37,360 bases of DNA from a virus (Duplodnaviria; Caudoviricetes): positions 1 through 37,360 of the IMG/VR virus record IMGVR_UViG_3300011338_000268. The stretch is one strand, 5' to 3'. The notes under the pieces were generated by a model. That model saw nothing but the letters and a program-made list of their open reading frames with translations, did not search any database and was not told the origin of the DNA. A program made the position numbers and the translations under genes. Shown here piece after piece: positions 34,026 to 37,360 of this stretch; positions within the stretch are counted from its first letter, which is position 1; the number at the start of each line of letters is the position of its first letter.

Positions 34026-34312
34026 TAGATCACCTTTTTGGCTCGCGTCGGTTTAGCCGGCGCGGGATCTGGGACATCTTCGGCGATCTCTTCGCCGAGG
34101 CCGTTTTCGCTGAGGTCGACCTCAAGGTTTCCGGGCGCGTAATGGCGAACCTTGCCCGCCCGGAATAGGAGCTCGACCTTCTCTGCGGCAATACCAAGGG
34201 CTTGCCAATCGAATGCCGCGCCGCGATTGAACCGGCGTCCGTGAGCCACGAACGCGCGGAACGCGAACAGCGGATCCGACTTCTGGAAAGATCGTTGCTC
34301 GAGCTTTATCAT
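34025..34312 (-). CDS. Hypothetical protein (95 aa) following the major capsid protein
   Basis: Coupled by overlaps on both sides. Confidence 0.7.
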   Translation of the reverse strand: MIKLEQRSFQKSDPLFAFRAFVAHGRRFNRGAAFDWQALGIAAEKVELLFRAGKVRHYAPGNLEVDLSENGLGEEIAEDVPDPAPAKPTRAKKVI

Positions 34313-35301
34313 GCGACGATTGCGTCCCAGAAATAGCCCAGCGACGAGGATACCACCTTGTGATCGTAGTGCGAGCGGGCGCGCACGACGTCGGTGTCTT
34401 CTTCATCACGGCGCTTGGTGTCGATCACGAAGCCATACTCGTTCGTGCCGCCCAGATAGCCAGACCACGAGAACGTGTAGCCTGCTGCGGGCGTCATGAT
34501 GCCGGGCGATGGTGGGCGATAGGTCAGCAAGCACTTCTTGCCCAGAATGAACGAGTGAGCGGCGGTGTCGCCCTCTGCTGCGGTGTTCTGGATGGCCTCG
34601 CCTACCATGACCTCATCAACTTCGAAGATCTGCGCAAGCAGGTTCAGCGAAGCGATCGAAGGCTGCGAAGTGGTCGCGCCGCCGTTGATCCGGCCTTGGA
34701 TGTCTGGGTGATCGATCAATGCCGAATAGACCGGGCGGCCCATCGCCATGACGTTTGGCTTGATGCCGGTCGAACCTAGGATGTAATCGATCCCGGTGCG
34801 CACGTTGCCGATAGGGTCGCCGTTGGTCGTGTCCGACCAGCGAATGACCTGATCAGTCGAAGGCGAGGACGCGACGCCGGTGATGTCCTTGCTCCAGATG
34901 CCGGTCGAGAAGAACGACGACGAGAAGTCGACTTCTTTTTGGATCAGCATCTGGTGGGTCGCCAGTTCTGCGGCTGCGCGTGCAGGATCCGCAGCGGGAT
35001 CTGCGTTAGCGCGCACCTGATCTGGGATTGGGATCGCGACGCCGTATTCTTCGCAGAAATAGCTGTCGTTTGAGACGGCATAGCCGACTTCGGACACGCG
35101 AGCGCCAGCGGCGCGCTTCTTAGCGCCGTTGCGGTTGAAGAACGAGCGGTCGAACGTGAAGAATTTGTCCGACTGCTTCTGCACTGGCACGTTCTGGAAA
35201 ACGCGCGAGGAGATGAACGACCCCGGGTTTTGCAGCAGCGCGACAGAGATGTTAGTAAGGGCTGCGTCGATATGGAACGCGCCGACGTTAGGTTGTGGCA
35301 T
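34309..35301 (-). CDS. Major capsid protein (330 aa)
   Basis: IDAALTNISV, VPVQKQS, KPNVMAMG, LIDHPDI and PAAGYTFSW. Gene position fits. Confidence 0.9.
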   Translation of the reverse strand: MPQPNVGAFHIDAALTNISVALLQNPGSFISSRVFQNVPVQKQSDKFFTFDRSFFNRNGAKKRAAGARVSEVGYAVSNDSYFCEEYGVAIPIPDQVRANADPAADPARAAAELATHQMLIQKEVDFSSSFFSTGIWSKDITGVASSPSTDQVIRWSDTTNGDPIGNVRTGIDYILGSTGIKPNVMAMGRPVYSALIDHPDIQGRINGGATTSQPSIASLNLLAQIFEVDEVMVGEAIQNTAAEGDTAAHSFILGKKCLLTYRPPSPGIMTPAAGYTFSWSGYLGGTNEYGFVIDTKRRDEEDTDVVRARSHYDHKVVSSSLGYFWDAIVA

Positions 35302-35317
35302 GATTTATCCCCCTGCC

Positions 35318-35686
35318 TTATGCTGATGCGCCGCGAGGCTGGAATAGGATCTCGATGATCCGCCCAGCCGCGCCAGTTTCAAGAGCCGTGCCGAGGACGA
35401 TATCCCCGGTCGCTGGATTTACTGCGGTTCCGCTGGCATCAGAAGCCACGGGCCCGCCACGGGTGACGACGCCACCGCAAACGACCTTGACCTTGCCAGC
35501 GATCGCCACGAGCGCAGCACGCCCAGCGGCTGCGGGAGCGTCTTGCAGAACGCCGTCCGCGTCGAGCCCGTCACCGGTGGGGTCAATTTGACCATCCGCT
35601 GCGACGGAAACGAAGTAGAACTGCTTCGTCGAGAGGTCTGCACCAGCCTCGAGCGTGACGCAGAGCATGTTGTCTTGAGTTGCCAT
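35318..35686 (-). CDS. Head decoration/cement protein
   Basis: LEAGADLS.KQFYFV, GVLQDAP and GTALETGAAGRIIEI. Strong SD AAGGAGG. Confidence 0.75.
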   Translation of the reverse strand: MATQDNMLCVTLEAGADLSTKQFYFVSVAADGQIDPTGDGLDADGVLQDAPAAAGRAALVAIAGKVKVVCGGVVTRGGPVASDASGTAVNPATGDIVLGTALETGAAGRIIEILFQPRGASA

Positions 35687-35697
35687 TCGAGGCCTCC

Positions 35698-36537
35698 TTA
35701 CTGCGCGTGATTGCGTTTAGCGAACAATTCCGCGCCGCGTCCGGTCTTGGTCACTTCGGCGAATGCCTTGGCGAACGTGACCTTCTTTTCGGCGGCGAAA
35801 TCTTCTGCCATCTTGTTGAGTTCGGTCATGGCGTCGGTCTCTTGCGGAGCGACGCTGCCGAACTCGCGGGTCAGCTTCGAGGCGAGAGCGTTCGCGCCTT
35901 TCAGCATAGCATGGGCTGCCTTGCGGACAGCTTCATCAGCGATCGCGTCGACCGCTTTGAGAACTTCGCCCTTGGTCACGGCGTCGCCTGCCAAGTGCGG
36001 GATTTCGGCGCTCACGCGCTTGACCAGTTCTTCGGCTTCCAGCTTCTTTGTGACGGCTGCGAGTTCGTCAGCCTGCTTTGAGATCACCGACAGGACGCTC
36101 GCAGGGAGCGCGCTTTTCAGGATCGTCTCGCCACCGACTTCGATGTAATCTTCAGCCTTGCGCTTTTCGACAGTCACCGCTTCGTCCGCGATCTGGACGA
36201 CATAGCCTTCGGTCTCAAGCGATTTTACAAGCGCGTCGACAGAACCTTCGAGGCGCTTGTTTGCCGCCTCGAGTTCCACGAGGCGCTTCTCTTGATCGGA
36301 CATAGATTGACCCCCTTTGCCCTGATCGCCGGACGGGCCGGCCCCCTTGCTGCGCCTCATCTGCGCAACCTGCTTGCGGGCGTCGTCCTCTGACATCCCC
36401 CCCGCAATCAGTTCCTTGATTTTGTCTTCGTCTGGCATCATGTCGCGCTTGAACATCACGACGCGCGCAGCCGGGTTTGCGGGTTCGTCGACCAGCGAGA
36501 GCTCGATCAGCTCCAGATCCGTCACGTTATATGGCAT
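35698..36537 (-). CDS. Scaffold-like protein with an N-terminal protease-type ELSLVDEPAN peptide
   Basis: MPYNVTDLELIELSLVDEPANPAARVVMFKR, followed by a K/E/A-rich coiled coil. Possible internal start MSDQEKR at 36303. Confidence 0.8.
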   Translation of the reverse strand: MPYNVTDLELIELSLVDEPANPAARVVMFKRDMMPDEDKIKELIAGGMSEDDARKQVAQMRRSKGAGPSGDQGKGGQSMSDQEKRLVELEAANKRLEGSVDALVKSLETEGYVVQIADEAVTVEKRKAEDYIEVGGETILKSALPASVLSVISKQADELAAVTKKLEAEELVKRVSAEIPHLAGDAVTKGEVLKAVDAIADEAVRKAAHAMLKGANALASKLTREFGSVAPQETDAMTELNKMAEDFAAEKKVTFAKAFAEVTKTGRGAELFAKRNHAQ

Positions 36538-37360
36538 TGCGTTTCCCCATGCCTCCGATGCTAAAGGCGGCGAGTTCGCCGTTCTTAACTCTGCTCCATA
36601 CACTATCATCGTGCACTTTCATAGCCACGATCCATCCTTCGAGTGCAGAGTGCACGCCCAGCGCCTCGCCCAGCGCCTTTGTGAGCGGGAAGGAGTGAAT
36701 AACCTCCCCGATCTTGCCGCCTTCGTGCATTGCTTTGGCGGTGCGAACGTCGGCCATGAAGTTATCGGCGGCCTTGGTCATCACCTCCGCCGAGATGATG
36801 TCGCCCTGCCGATCAATCATTGGCTTGCCATCGACCGACACGACCGACGCCCAGCCCCAAACGATGCGCGCTTCGTCGTCGATCTTGATGATCTTAGCCG
36901 CGCGCTTTTCCATCGTGGCGTCAATAATCGCGCTGATCGCGGCGTCGATCACGGCTTCGATCATCTCGCCCGTCGGATCCTCGACCTCTTCGCCTGCGGG
37001 CGAGATCATGCCCGCCTCACCGACCATGTCGATGTAGTCCTCATGCGTCGCCCCGGGCATATAGAACACCTGCCCGTCTGGCCCTTCGGTCATATGCGCA
37101 ACGAGCCCTAGCCCGAGTTGCTGCGCGCGCTGCACTGCCTCGATCGACGTTGTGAAGACGTCATCCGAGATCTGCCGTTTTTCCATCTTGTCCATCTTCG
37201 TCATCTCCGAGACTGAGGTTCCGCTTTCCCACATCTGGCACGACCAATAACGCGCCGAGGTCTTATCGGTCGCGGTGTCGCAAGAGTGCCGCGAGCGGAA
37301 ATTAGCGCGGGCTTTGGGGTCGTCGCGGCGGATCTCCATCTTGGGATCGCCAAATGTCAC
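36527..37360 (-). CDS. C-terminal part of the junction-spanning head protein, containing the XkdF-like serine protease domain
   Basis: RIVWGWASV..DRQGDII..KAADNFM..MH..IHSFP..GWIVAMKVHDDSVWSRVKNGELAAFSIGG. Confidence 0.85.
   Translation of the reverse strand: MTFGDPKMEIRRDDPKARANFRSRHSCDTATDKTSARYWSCQMWESGTSVSEMTKMDKMEKRQISDDVFTTSIEAVQRAQQLGLGLVAHMTEGPDGQVFYMPGATHEDYIDMVGEAGMISPAGEEVEDPTGEMIEAVIDAAISAIIDATMEKRAAKIIKIDDEARIVWGWASVVSVDGKPMIDRQGDIISAEVMTKAADNFMADVRTAKAMHEGGKIGEVIHSFPLTKALGEALGVHSALEGWIVAMKVHDDSVWSRVKNGELAAFSIGGMGKRNAI
37234..37360. repeat. Terminal 127-bp direct repeat (copy of 1-127)
   Basis: Exact identity with the window start. Confidence 0.95.

Noticed and set aside
37234-37360. 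Biological direct terminal repeat
   Set aside because: 127 bp is a common assembler k-mer length and the repeat falls mid-gene, so an assembly overlap is more likely.
1-37360. Frequent GATC/CGATCG as a HIP1- or Dam-related signal
   Set aside because: Plausibly explained by ATC/GAT codon usage in GC-rich genes. Enrichment cannot be shown without counting.
1-37360. Integrase, CI repressor, partition genes, reverse transcriptase/DGR, tRNAs
   Set aside because: No supporting motifs were seen in any ORF or intergenic region.

Overview
The window looks like a complete, circularly assembled tailed-phage (siphovirus-like) genome of about 37,233 bp. Bases 1-127 are repeated exactly at 37234-37360, and one gene runs across that junction. 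It is GC-rich and the host is probably an alphaproteobacterium (inferred from GANTC avoidance and an sRNA with a suhB-like 3' end). Layout: (i) a divergent control region at 12400-12627; (ii) a rightward early/replication arm at 12628-20694 (SNF2-like helicase, Cas4-like nuclease, SSB-like protein, family A DNA polymerase, DUF6011-like protein, truncated beta-clamp, small ORFs); (iii) a leftward Prim-Pol/AAA primase-helicase followed by an adenine methyltransferase; (iv) a leftward late arm running from 8477 through the junction to 20720 (HNH-AP2, RuvC-like, terminase, portal, MuF, protease, capsid, neck, tail with a -1 frameshift chaperone, tail tip, fibre, lysis). I saw no integrase, CI-type repressor, tRNA or CRISPR array. 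The most interesting signals are mostly non-coding. A predicted ~115-nt antisense sRNA carries a loop-centred 10-nt seed complementary to a motif (GGAGACCTGCC-ATG) that precedes 6-8 early-gene start codons. Two diverged, covarying copies of a ~145-bp structured element sit ahead of the two late blocks. GANTC is almost absent genome-wide, and the only two sites I found lie in one of those copies. There is also a multidomain head protease that appears split across two genes, and a MuF-metallopeptidase with a candidate immunity ORF. All family assignments come from motif recognition by eye, not database searches.
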